Both the position numbers and the translations under genes were made by a program. From positions 35,768-99,767 of the forward strand of contig RQAP01000047.1 of the NCBI GenBank assembly GCA_008671135.1: a DNA stretch of 64,000 bases, given 5' to 3'. Source of the DNA: Collinsella aerofaciens. GTDB taxonomy: Bacteria; Actinomycetota; Coriobacteriia; Coriobacteriales; Coriobacteriaceae. This document shows positions 1 to 11,441 of this stretch, piece by piece; positions within the stretch are counted from its first letter, which is position 1, and every line of letters starts with the position of its first letter. A model generated the notes under the pieces. The model was given only the letters and a program-made list of their open reading frames with translations, ran no database searches and had not been told where the DNA came from.

Positions 1-1300
1 GCAGGATTTCGAGCGGCGGAAGCTTGAGGCCGTCCTCTTCTTCGCCCTCGTTATCTGCGGCGCCACCGTCCGCTCCCCCATCGCTAGCCGCAGCCGATTC
101 GACGGCACTCGAGGCAGGCGCATCGGCAACCTTGGGATGCTTCAAGAAGTCGGGAATCTGAGGTGCTGCCGAGACAGGATTCACGGCAAACGGCGGCTCG
201 GACTCGTCGATCTTATCGGGGTCGTCTTCCATCGAAAGCTGACCGGTTACCTGGTCGCGCTTTGCATGGCGACGCGGCAGCAAAGTCGTCTTTGCAGCCT
301 CAATCGGAGCCTCGTCGTCCTCGTCATCGCCCTCGGTGAGCTCAATCTCACTCTCGGACCAGGACGGATCGGGCTCACTTGTATTCAACTTGGGTGTGGC
401 CTTGCTCTTCTTGACATGACGGCGCGGCAGCAGCGTCGTCTTAGCGCGCTCAGCCTCCACGGCATCGGACACGTCGACAAACGGATCCTCGTCCTCGTCG
501 TCATCGTCCAAAACCGGGTCCACATCGTTGCCCATGACCGTGGTCACGGCAGCATCGGAGCCCTTTTGACGAAGAATGCTCAGGTGCGGACGGGCAACGC
601 CGGGCACCGACAGGGCTTCGTCGTCACCCCACGGGCTGGCGTTGACATCGGCGCGACGGCGCTCGGCAAAATCGGCCGCACGGTCGCGAGCAGAGCGCAG
701 CACGCCACCCACCGAAAAGCCGATGATGACAAAACCAACGACGGCCAGACCCAACAGGACTACCATCGCGATAGGCTTACCCAGTGCATTCTGCAGCGCA
801 CTCGCAATAAACGCACCGATGTAGCCACCCGAGGCGGACAGATTTTGCGGCGTAAACATAAGGTCACACGAGTCGCTCGTACCCGGCACCATCAGCGAAA
901 GAATGGAGACGACAGCGATAAAGACCACGGCTCCGCCCGCGACCGAGCGAATGTTGAGCGGCGAGTCCTCACCTAAAAAGAGCGTGGCGGCAAACAGCAA
1001 AATGACGATCGGCAGCACGTAGGCGCCCAGACCAAAGCCCAGGTGGTAGAAACCGGCAACCGCAGCCGTCACGGGTGCGGTCGCCGGCGAAATCACGGCA
1101 ATGAAGGACGCAATCGCCAAAACGGCGATGACCACGCCAGCGATATCGCGGTTGGCCGAGGGCTCGACCAAGGGCTCAAAATCGTCGAAGTCGGCTTCGT
1201 GGCCCTTATTGGCACGCAGATGGGAACCGGCACCCTTAGCAGATGCCGGTTGGTTATTGGCCTTATTGCCTTTGGCGTTTTGTGCAGATCCGCGCGCCAA
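1..1300 (-). CDS. ftsK: DNA translocase FtsK/SpoIIIE, N-terminal part (TM domain + acidic linker), truncated by window edge
   Basis: Manual translation from TTG at 1300: MARGSAQ..., several TM helices (GGYIG motif), acidic linker, then LKLPPLEIL, typical of the motor-domain start; follows rnj. Confidence 0.85.
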   Translation of the reverse strand, partial: MARGSAQNAKGNKANNQPASAKGAGSHLRANKGHEADFDDFEPLVEPSANRDIAGVVIAVLAIASFIAVISPATAPVTAAVAGFYHLGFGLGAYVLPIVILLFAATLFLGEDSPLNIRSVAGGAVVFIAVVSILSLMVPGTSDSCDLMFTPQNLSASGGYIGAFIASALQNALGKPIAMVVLLGLAVVGFVIIGFSVGGVLRSARDRAADFAERRRADVNASPWGDDEALSVPGVARPHLSILRQKGSDAAVTTVMGNDVDPVLDDDDEDEDPFVDVSDAVEAERAKTTLLPRRHVKKSKATPKLNTSEPDPSWSESEIELTEGDDEDDEAPIEAAKTTLLPRRHAKRDQVTGQLSMEDDPDKIDESEPPFAVNPVSAAPQIPDFLKHPKVADAPASSAVESAAASDGGADGGAADNEGEEEDGLKLPPLEIL

Positions 1301-1301
1301 A

Positions 1302-2972
1302 CTAAACCTCCATGACGACCGGGATGATCATCGGACGGGTGCGCGTACGGCTCCAAATGAAGTTGGAGAGCGAATCGCGCACGGCCTTGCGAATGGCATC
1401 GGAGCCGCTGCTCGTAAAGCTAAACTTGCCCTTCTCGATTGTCTTCATAATGGACGCGGAGGCATCCTCGGAGAACTGGTCGTCGATGGCAAACGAGACA
1501 CCGCGGCCCGAGAACTCGATGGCCTCGATCTTCTTGTGCTTGAGCGAGACGATGGCAACAGCGGTAACCATACCGTCATTAGCGAGCTTCTGACGATCGC
1601 GCAAGACGATGGGGTCGGTATCGCCGATACGCAGGCCGTCGACGTAGACGACGCCGGACTCGACGGGCGCACCGCGCTTGACGATACCACCGCGCATCTC
1701 GAGCGTGTCGCCGTTATCGAGGATAAAGATATGATCGTCCTTGATGCCCATCTTGCGGGCGAGCTGGGCATGAGCGCGCAGATGCACGGCCTCACCGTGA
1801 ACCGGCATAAAGTACGTGGGTTTGGCCATGGCCATCAGGAGCTTGAGCTCCTCCTGGCTACCGTGACCGGAGACGTGGACGAGAGCGCGGTTCTTATCCC
1901 ACACGTCGCAGCCGAGCTTGGCCAGGCTGTTGACGACCTGCTGGACGGCCTTCTCGTTGCCGGGAACGGGAGTTGCTGAGAGGATGACGGTATCGCCCTC
2001 GTGGATGGAGAGCGTCTTGTGCTCGCCATTGGCCATGCGGGACAGGGCCGACAGCGGCTCGCCCTGCGAACCGGTGCACATGACGACGATCTTGTCGTCG
2101 GGCAGGTTATCGATATCGAAGGCATCGATGATATCGGCATCGTCGATGTTGAGGTAGCCCAGCTCGCGCGCGACGCGGGTGTTGGTGAGCATGGAGCGAC
2201 CGGTCACAACGACCTTACGGCCGCACTTACGGGCGGCATCGCAGATCTGCTGCAGGCGATGAATGTGGCTCGAGAACGACGCGACGAACACGCGACCCGG
2301 GGCGTTCTTGATGGCGTGCAGCAGATTGGGACCAACCTCGGCCTCGGACTTAGTAAAGCCAGGAACCGTGGCGTTGGTGGAGTCGGAAAGCAGCAGGTCG
2401 ATGCCCTGCTTGGCAAAGCGGCTGATAGCGGCATAGTCGGGCGTGACACCATCGATGGGCGTCTGGTCGAGCTTAAAGTCGCCGGTGTGCATAACGGTGC
2501 CCTGGTTGGTGCGGATGAACACGCCCAGAGCGCCGGGGATGGAGTGCGTCATCGAGAAGAAGTCGAGCGAGATTCCGCCGAGGTTGACATGGCTGCCGCC
2601 CTTGACCTCGCGGAACTTGGGTGCGCGGATGCGGAACTCAGAAAGTTTGCCCTCGATAAAGCCAAGCGTCAGCTTGCTCGAAAAGATGGGCACCTTGTTG
2701 TTGAGGTCCTGCAGCAGGTACGGAAGCGAACCGGTGTGGTCCTCGTGGCCGTGGGTGACGACGATACCGCGGAGCTTCTCCTCGTTCTCCAGAACATAGG
2801 TGTAGTCGGGAAGCACCAGGTCGATACCGGGCTGGGAGTCGTCGGGGAACATGAGACCGGCGTCGACGAGCACCATGTCGTCGCCGCACTCGAAGACCGT
2901 CATGTTCTTGCCGATTCCGTCAAGGCCACCGAGCGGAATGATCTTCAAGGGAGATGATTTTTTAGCTGCCAT
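1302..2972 (-). CDS. rnj: Ribonuclease J
   Basis: IIPLGGL..IGKNM, THGHEDH, HTGDFK, HVSGH, PVHGE motifs; 556 aa. Confidence 0.97.
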   Translation of the reverse strand: MAAKKSSPLKIIPLGGLDGIGKNMTVFECGDDMVLVDAGLMFPDDSQPGIDLVLPDYTYVLENEEKLRGIVVTHGHEDHTGSLPYLLQDLNNKVPIFSSKLTLGFIEGKLSEFRIRAPKFREVKGGSHVNLGGISLDFFSMTHSIPGALGVFIRTNQGTVMHTGDFKLDQTPIDGVTPDYAAISRFAKQGIDLLLSDSTNATVPGFTKSEAEVGPNLLHAIKNAPGRVFVASFSSHIHRLQQICDAARKCGRKVVVTGRSMLTNTRVARELGYLNIDDADIIDAFDIDNLPDDKIVVMCTGSQGEPLSALSRMANGEHKTLSIHEGDTVILSATPVPGNEKAVQQVVNSLAKLGCDVWDKNRALVHVSGHGSQEELKLLMAMAKPTYFMPVHGEAVHLRAHAQLARKMGIKDDHIFILDNGDTLEMRGGIVKRGAPVESGVVYVDGLRIGDTDPIVLRDRQKLANDGMVTAVAIVSLKHKKIEAIEFSGRGVSFAIDDQFSEDASASIMKTIEKGKFSFTSSGSDAIRKAVRDSLSNFIWSRTRTRPMIIPVVMEV

Positions 2973-3160
2973 AGGTTAGTGTGGTTTCCTTTCTTCGAAA
3001 CGGGTCTGGAACAACCGACGGGGCGCTTCTGGCAAACCGACCGCCGGGAACGTACAAACATGCATCACAGAGTCGATGCAATAACCACAGTATGATACCC
3101 ATTTGCACAACAACAGACCACCCATGCATCAAAGCCCCATCTGAACCTGTGTATCCCGCC

Positions 3161-3301
3161 GGTCAGGGCTCAGCGGCCCCGGCACGGGCTAAGTTTCCTG
3201 CTCTACAGTCCTGCTCACGACGGAGGCCACATTAAGTGGCCTCCTGTTCGTGCGGAACTCGCGATAAACTTCGCCCGTGCCGGGACCGCTGAGCCCTGAC
3301 C
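3161..3301. repeat. Structured palindromic element copy A (36-bp arms around conserved core)
   Basis: Arms 3161-3196 and 3266-3301 complementary at 34/36; inner hairpin GGAGGCCAC-ATTAA-GTGGCCTCC. Confidence 0.9.
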
Positions 3302-3425
3302 TGCCAATATGAGATAGGTTTATTTTGGTAGGTTTTATCAGGGGAAATACTGCTGTGTCTATCTACTGATCTGAAATCTGACTACTGAATAGACTGTCTA
3401 ACTAAATAGCGAGCGGCACTAACCA

Positions 3426-3574
3426 GCCCTTTTGCTTGCGCCCGGGAGGGGCGCATATGAAGTTTATCGCGAGTTCCGCACGCAAAGGAAAGCACTTAAT
3501 GTGCTTTCCGTCTTGCGCAGGACTGTAGAGCAGGAAACTTCATATGCGGCCCTCCCGGGCGCAAGCAAAAGGGC
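3426..3574. repeat. Structured palindromic element copy B (inverted relative to A)
   Basis: Arms 3426-3465 and 3535-3574 complementary at 39/40; core nearly the reverse complement of copy A core; inner hairpin GGAAAGCAC-TTAAT-GTGCTTTCC. Confidence 0.9.
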
Positions 3575-3597
3575 GACCCCTGTCCGGAGTCGCCCTT
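3567..3597 (-). terminator. Intrinsic terminator after pnp
   Basis: Minus strand AAGGGCGACTCC-GGAC-AGGGGTCGCCCTTTT hairpin with U tract. Confidence 0.7.
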
Positions 3598-3620
3598 GTT
3601 GAGCTGCTTATGTTTAGCTG

Positions 3621-5867
<2,247 letters not shown>

Positions 5868-5970
5868 TGTTCTCCTTTACCCCACAGGCCCCTTGCCTGC
5901 GGGCTTCTCATGTGACGCGAGCCCCCTGCCCCCGCCACGCTTCAGAGCGTGATTGTTCGCGCCCTTACAC

Positions 5971-6002
5971 AAAAAGAGCGCCCCGCTGCGCAGGACGCTC
6001 TT
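5971..6002 (-). terminator. Intrinsic terminator after rpsO
   Basis: AAGAGCGTCC...GGGGCGCTCTTTTT on minus strand. Confidence 0.75.
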
Positions 6003-6017
6003 AGCATGTACAAATCC

Positions 6018-6296
6018 TTACTGGATGTTGTCGCGGATGCCCAGAGCCTTGATGAGCTCACGGTACTCGACGATGTCGTTCTTCTTGATGTAGGAGAGAA
6101 GACGACGACGACGGCCGACGAGCATGAGCAGGCCACGACGGGTGTGGAAGTCCTTCTGGTGGGACTTCATGTGCTCGGTCAGCTCCTTGATGCGCTCAGT
6201 CAGGATAGCAACCTGAACCTTGGGGTTACCGGTGTCGACCGGGGTGTTACCGAACTGGGCAGTCAGCTCCGCCTTGCGCTCTTTGGAAACAGTCAT
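6018..6296 (-). CDS. rpsO: 30S ribosomal protein S15
   Basis: DTGNPKVQVAILT, KDFHTRRGLLMLVGRRRRLL; ATG at 6296 with AAAGGTG SD. Confidence 0.97.
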   Translation of the reverse strand: MTVSKERKAELTAQFGNTPVDTGNPKVQVAILTERIKELTEHMKSHQKDFHTRRGLLMLVGRRRRLLSYIKKNDIVEYRELIKALGIRDNIQ

Positions 6297-6410
6297 TGTT
6301 TCACCTTTCGTTTTACGTCGCCCGCGGGCGACTCGATTCGCCTCGGACTGGGAAGCCGCCGGTGGAGCGAGCATCCAAGGTCGAGGTACCACCAGGTCGG
6401 TATGTTACCA
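6297..6410 (-). promoter_or_regulatory. rpsO promoter (extended -10 TGgTAACAT) and structured leader, putative S15 autoregulatory RNA
   Basis: -10 at 6402-6407; ~100-nt leader with interleaved stems. Confidence 0.55.
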
Positions 6411-6434
6411 CAAGCAGCCCGCGCCTGCGCATCA

Positions 6435-7184
6435 TCACCGACCCAACATGAATTCCATCGCACGGAGGCGCTGGTCGGTATGCGTCGCCGCCCACACATG
6501 CGAAAGCCCAAGCAAGAACGCCGCCGTATGCGAGTCGATTTTCTCGGCCAAAAGCGCATCGAAGGTCATCGACATGAGGGCGCGCAGCCATGCGACCTCA
6601 CCGGTCGATACCAGCTCGGCACCCGGAACGCTCGACGCGCACGATCCGCACATGAGACCGCCCGCCTGGGGCGAAAAATACGACAGCATGGGGTCTCCGC
6701 ACAGCACACAGGCCGAAAAATCTGGTCGATAGCCAACGTGCGACAGCAGCTTAAAGACATATGCCGCCACAAGTAGATCCATATGCGCCGCATCGAGCCC
6801 GCTGCCGACCAGGGTAAGCGCCCGTTGCGTTATGGCAAAGGTAAACGGGTCCTCAGCGTCCTCGAACGAGCACACGCGCGCGACCTCGGCGATCGCGCTT
6901 GCGGCGCAGGTCGTCTCGTAATCGGGCGCAGCTCCGAGCGGCGCCTCCATAAGCTCGGCCTGAGAAACCACGTCGAGCGAGCGTCCATGTGCGAGCAACA
7001 TATCGACGGTACAGAACAGCTCGCAGCGCGCCGCCAGGCGCCCACCGGGCTTGCGGGCGCCCTTTGCCACGGCACGAACCTGCCGACCTCGCTCATCAAG
7101 CATCGTCAAGATCAGATCGGTCTCCTTGAGCTTGGTCTTATCGAGGACGAGTACCTTTGTGCGATATGTCCGTGAGCCCGCCAT
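6435..7184 (-). CDS. recO: DNA repair protein RecO
   Basis: ETDLILT..G.VRAVAKGARK, Zn-finger CVLC/CGSC; follows era. Confidence 0.93.
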   Translation of the reverse strand: MAGSRTYRTKVLVLDKTKLKETDLILTMLDERGRQVRAVAKGARKPGGRLAARCELFCTVDMLLAHGRSLDVVSQAELMEAPLGAAPDYETTCAASAIAEVARVCSFEDAEDPFTFAITQRALTLVGSGLDAAHMDLLVAAYVFKLLSHVGYRPDFSACVLCGDPMLSYFSPQAGGLMCGSCASSVPGAELVSTGEVAWLRALMSMTFDALLAEKIDSHTAAFLLGLSHVWAATHTDQRLRAMEFMLGR

Positions 7185-7199
7185 GAGCGCTGCGCGCCC

Positions 7200-8267
7200 T
7201 TAGTCCTCGGCGCTATACCCAAAGCGGCGAATCTGGGCCTCGTCGTCACGCCAGCCGGCCTTGACCTTCACGTCCAGCTCCAAAAAGACCTGCGTGCCAA
7301 AGATGCGCTCAAGATCGCGACGGGCATCGATACCGATATGCTTGATCATCTCGCCGCCCTTGCCGATGATGATGCCCTTTTGGCCCTCGCGCTCGACGTA
7401 AATGGTGGCGTGCACGCGCAGTACCTTCTTGGTCTGCTCGAGCGCATCGCAGATCACGCCAACGGAGTGCGGGATCTCATCACGGGTGCGGCGCAAGACC
7501 TTCTCGCGCACAAACTCGGCAACGAGCGTCTCATCGGAAGCGTCGGTACCCATGTCCTCGGGGAACCAACGCGGACCCTCGGGCAAAAAGTGCGCAACGG
7601 TCTCGATGAAGGCATCGACGTTGAAGTTCTTGACCGACGACGTAACGATCTCGTCGTCATACTCCATGAGCTCGTGGGCGGCCTTGAGCTGTTCCATAAC
7701 CTGGGCGGGATCGGCCTCATCGGCCTTGGTGAGCACCAGGACCTTCTTGCAACGGGCGCATCTGACGCGCTCGGCAACCCAAGCGTCTCCCCTGCCAATC
7801 GGCTTGGTGGCATCAATCAAAAACGCGACGACATCGACATCGTTCAGCTCGAACAACGCGCTCTTGTTGAGCTCGGATCCCAGACCGTCCTTGGGCTTAT
7901 GAATACCCGGGGTATCGACAAAGACCAGCTGGTAGCCGGGACGGTTGACGACGGCGCGCATGCGGCGGCGGGTCGTCTGGGCCACCGGTGAGGTGATGGC
8001 GACCTTCTTGCCATAGCAGGCATTAAGCAGCGTGGACTTGCCGGCGTTGGGGCGTCCGACCAGGGCCACGAAGCCGCTGCGAAAACCAGGCTCAACGTCG
8101 CCAAAGCCCGCGAGGTTGTCGTCCTCGTCGCACAGGGCGTCGAGCTCCTCATCGCTCATGCCCTCAAACGGATCGAACTCCTCGACATCCTCGAGCCCCT
8201 CGGTATCCACCGCGTCCAAAGTCTCGTCGTCCAGGATCTCATCGGTAGGCTGCATATTGTCGGACAT
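7200..8267 (-). CDS. era: GTPase Era (acidic N-terminal extension)
   Basis: GRPNAGKSTL, QTTR, DTPG, EIPHS, KH domain GIIIGKGG. Confidence 0.97.
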   Translation of the reverse strand: MSDNMQPTDEILDDETLDAVDTEGLEDVEEFDPFEGMSDEELDALCDEDDNLAGFGDVEPGFRSGFVALVGRPNAGKSTLLNACYGKKVAITSPVAQTTRRRMRAVVNRPGYQLVFVDTPGIHKPKDGLGSELNKSALFELNDVDVVAFLIDATKPIGRGDAWVAERVRCARCKKVLVLTKADEADPAQVMEQLKAAHELMEYDDEIVTSSVKNFNVDAFIETVAHFLPEGPRWFPEDMGTDASDETLVAEFVREKVLRRTRDEIPHSVGVICDALEQTKKVLRVHATIYVEREGQKGIIIGKGGEMIKHIGIDARRDLERIFGTQVFLELDVKVKAGWRDDEAQIRRFGYSAED

Positions 8268-8279
8268 GGGAATCCCTTT

Positions 8280-8657
8280 CTAAATAAAGCCGAGCGCGTG
8301 GGCAAATACCAGCACGCCCACAATCGCGGCGGTGATGGAAAGTACGTATACGGAAGCGGCGGCGATGTCCTTCGCACGCTTGGCCAGCGGATGGAGCTCC
8401 TGGGTCGCCAGGTCGACGATGGCCTCCATGGCGGTGTTGCACAGCTCGCCGTGAATCACCAGGCCACAACAGATGATAATCGTGGCCCACTCGGCAATGT
8501 CGAGCCCCACGACGCAGCCGGCAATGACGGTACACGCGCCCGCAACGAGCATGACCTTAATGTTGCGCTCGGTCTTGACGGCGGTGACGAAGCCCTCCAT
8601 GGCGTAGGAAAACGACTTTAAGAAGGACGGATGGTCCTTGTTCGATCCGGGAATCAT
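8280..8657 (-). CDS. dgkA: Diacylglycerol/undecaprenol kinase
   Basis: ERN, ELCNTAMEAIVD, AKRAKDIAAA motifs; ybeY-dgkA-era synteny. Confidence 0.92.
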   Translation of the reverse strand: MIPGSNKDHPSFLKSFSYAMEGFVTAVKTERNIKVMLVAGACTVIAGCVVGLDIAEWATIIICCGLVIHGELCNTAMEAIVDLATQELHPLAKRAKDIAAASVYVLSITAAIVGVLVFAHALGFI

Positions 8658-8666
8658 AGACGGCTC

Positions 8667-9176
8667 CTAGTCGTGGGCGTGGTTGGTGATGGGGCCGACG
8701 TGGACCAGCTTGGGGTCCTCGCCGCGCTCGAGCGCCAGATCGCGCAGGATGGCGTCCTCGCGGGCCTCCATGACCTCGGCCTCGTCGTCCTCGATGTGGT
8801 CATAGCCCAGCAGGTGCAACATGCCGTGAACGAGCATCAGACGGCACTCGTCAGCGGGGCTATTGCCAAAACCGGGGGCCTGACGGGCAATAACCTGCGG
8901 GGCCAAGATAATATCGCCGAGCTCGAGCGTCTCATCGGAGGGAATGTCATCGTCAAAGGCCGAATCGCACTCAAACGAGAGCACATCGGTGGTGCGGTCG
9001 ATACCGCGCCACTCGTGGTTGAGCTCGTGCATCTCGTCCTCGTCGACATACGAAAGGGAAATCTCGACTTCACGTTCAACGCCCTCGGCGGCAAGCACAA
9101 CCTCGCAGATGTGCTCCACCTCCTGCGCGTCGAGCAGCGTATCGAGCTCGGCATCGTTGCTGATCAATACACTCAA
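8667..9176 (-). CDS. ybeY: rRNA maturation factor YbeY
   Basis: TDVLSF, HGMLHLLGYDH. Confidence 0.96.
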   Translation of the reverse strand: MSVLISNDAELDTLLDAQEVEHICEVVLAAEGVEREVEISLSYVDEDEMHELNHEWRGIDRTTDVLSFECDSAFDDDIPSDETLELGDIILAPQVIARQAPGFGNSPADECRLMLVHGMLHLLGYDHIEDDEAEVMEAREDAILRDLALERGEDPKLVHVGPITNHAHD

Positions 9177-10159
9177 CGGGACTCCTTTCGGTCGCGCGGG
9201 CGCTGCTCGCGCACGTCATCATAAGCTTCATATGCCTCGACGATACGACCCACCAGGGCATGGCGCACCACGTCGGCACGCTCGAGGTGTGCAAACGCCA
9301 CATCGTCGACACGGCCCAAAATCTGCTCAACGTCGGCAAGACCGCCACGACGACCCACCAGGTCGCGCTGGCTCAGGTCGCCGGTAATCACGAACTTGGA
9401 GTTGAACCCAAGGCGTGTCAGGAACATCTTCATCTGCTCGGGCGTGGTATTTTGCGCCTCGTCGAGCACCACGAAGGCATCGCTCAGCGTGCGGCCGCGC
9501 ATGTAGGCAAGCGGGGCGATCTCGATCACGCCGCGCTCCATAAGCTCATCGGTGCGCTCGCGATCCATCATGTCAAAAAGGGCGTCGTAGAGCGGACGCA
9601 TGTAGGGATCGATCTTTTCCTCGAGGGTGCCGGGCAAAAAGCCCAGATTCTCCCCCGCCTCGACAACCGGACGCGTCAAGATCAGACGGCCCACCTCGTG
9701 ACGCTTGAGCGCGGCAACGGCGAGCGCCATAGCCAGATAGGTCTTACCGGTACCGGCAGGACCCAAGCCAAACGTGATGGTATGCGAGCGGATGGCATCC
9801 ACATAGCGCTTTTGCCCAAGCGTCTTGGGGCGAATGACGCGGCCGCGATACGAAAGCAGCACGTCATCGCGAAGCGACGTAGCCTCATGCTCACCGTCGC
9901 GCAAGACGGCCAGGCAGCGAGAGACATCGTCGGCAGACAGCGTGCGCCCGGCAGCCGCCTCGCAAAAAGCGTGCTCGAAAAAGCGCGCCACGAGTTCGAC
10001 CTCGTCCGGGTCGCCGCTCACGGAGATGCTATCGCCACGGGCGACCACGTGAGCGCGAACCAAACTCTCAAGCGCACGAAGAACGCCGTCGCCGACGCCC
10101 AAAACGCGCGAGGGATCAATTCCCTCGGGAACGGTAAGTCTAATCTTCGAGGCTTCCAT
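9173..10159 (-). CDS. phoH: PhoH-family ATPase
   Basis: GPAGTGKT, LGFLPG, YMRGRTL, DEAQN; start taken as ATG 10159 (SD GGAGG). Confidence 0.95.
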   Translation of the reverse strand: MEASKIRLTVPEGIDPSRVLGVGDGVLRALESLVRAHVVARGDSISVSGDPDEVELVARFFEHAFCEAAAGRTLSADDVSRCLAVLRDGEHEATSLRDDVLLSYRGRVIRPKTLGQKRYVDAIRSHTITFGLGPAGTGKTYLAMALAVAALKRHEVGRLILTRPVVEAGENLGFLPGTLEEKIDPYMRPLYDALFDMMDRERTDELMERGVIEIAPLAYMRGRTLSDAFVVLDEAQNTTPEQMKMFLTRLGFNSKFVITGDLSQRDLVGRRGGLADVEQILGRVDDVAFAHLERADVVRHALVGRIVEAYEAYDDVREQRPRDRKESR

Positions 10160-11432
10160 GAACCTCCCTGCGTGCATGGACCAAGCCGGAATCATCGACT
10201 CCGATGATAGCAACACCGAGCAGGCACGGGGCTGTAAGTCCACAGGTATCGTCAAGACGGGCATGATGGAACGAGCCGAGCGTCAGGTTGTCACCATACT
10301 CGAGCACGGCACGCTCAACCGTGCCCACGCGACGACGAGCGTCGGCAATAGCGAGCTCCTGTGCGGCGGCCCGCATACGGCGGCTGCGCTCGGCCATAAC
10401 CTCGGGTGGCACCTGGTCGGGCATGTCGGCAGCAAGGGTACCGGGACGCTTGCTGTAGCGGAACACGTGCATACGCGAGAAACCCACACGGCGGCACAGC
10501 GCCAGCGACTCCTCGAACTCCTCGTCCGTCTCACCAGGAAAACCGACGATGACATCGCACGAAAGGGACGCCTGGGGCAAGTTGGCGCGAATCATACGCA
10601 CCGTGTCCTCAAAGGCCTCGGCGCTATAGGGACGGCCCATGCGATGCAGGGTCGCAGTGCAGCCGGACTGCACGGGCAGGTGCAAAAACGGGGCGATACG
10701 CTGCGGATAGCGCGCCATAACCTTAAGCAGGCGCTCGGAGATATCCATGGGCTCGACCGAGGAAATGCGCACATGCGGAATAGACGTGCGCTCCATGATG
10801 GCCTCGAGCAGCTCATCGATTTCGACGTGCTCGTCGGTCGCGCTCTTGCCATCGTAGGCACCCAGGTTCACACCGGTCAGCACCACCTCGGGCACGCCGG
10901 CCTCCTGGGCCTCGCGAACTTGCTCGAGCACGGACTCGACGGGCACGGAGCGCTCGGGGCCGCGTGCCTTCCACACAATGCAATAGGTGCAGCGATGGTT
11001 GCAGCCGTCCTGAATCTTCACGCCCAGGCGAGAGCGACCGAGCGCATCGACCACCTCGCCATCGCTGCAGGCGGGAACGCTATCGGATTCGACACCCAGC
11101 ACCTCGCAGACGCGCTCGGCGACATCGATCTTGGACGGCTCGGCGATCACGCGATCCGAAAGCTCCGACAGCTCCTCGGGATGCAAATTGACCACGCATC
11201 CGGTCACGACCACATAGGGCTCGTTTGGATGGGCCAGCGCATGACGGACGGCCTTACGGGTCTTGGCCTCGGCCTCGCCCGTAACGGCACAGGTGTTAAT
11301 GACGATCAGATCGGCATCCTGGGGCTCCACAATAGCAAATCCCAGGCGCATAAGATCGGCAGTGATACGGTCAGACTCAACCCGGTTGACGCGGCAGCCG
11401 AGGTTGACGACGGAAATATGGGGTGCGAGCAC
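10140..11432 (-). CDS. mtaB: tRNA methylthiotransferase MtaB (radical SAM)
   Basis: GCRVN, NTCAVT, QDGCNHRCTYC, IVGFPGET, HVFRYSKRPGT. Confidence 0.9.
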   Translation of the reverse strand: MLAPHISVVNLGCRVNRVESDRITADLMRLGFAIVEPQDADLIVINTCAVTGEAEAKTRKAVRHALAHPNEPYVVVTGCVVNLHPEELSELSDRVIAEPSKIDVAERVCEVLGVESDSVPACSDGEVVDALGRSRLGVKIQDGCNHRCTYCIVWKARGPERSVPVESVLEQVREAQEAGVPEVVLTGVNLGAYDGKSATDEHVEIDELLEAIMERTSIPHVRISSVEPMDISERLLKVMARYPQRIAPFLHLPVQSGCTATLHRMGRPYSAEAFEDTVRMIRANLPQASLSCDVIVGFPGETDEEFEESLALCRRVGFSRMHVFRYSKRPGTLAADMPDQVPPEVMAERSRRMRAAAQELAIADARRRVGTVERAVLEYGDNLTLGSFHHARLDDTCGLTAPCLLGVAIIGVDDSGLVHARREVHGSLED

Positions 11433-11441
11433 GCGGGCTCC

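Noticed and set aside
3460..3541. Hammerhead-like look of the repeat core (CUGUAGA...GAAAC)
   Set aside because: Core is not CUGANGA and no stem II can form
3161..3574. CRISPR array or integron attC sites
   Set aside because: Only two inverted copies, no spacers or cas genes, no RYYYAAC/GTTRRRY ends and no integron integrase
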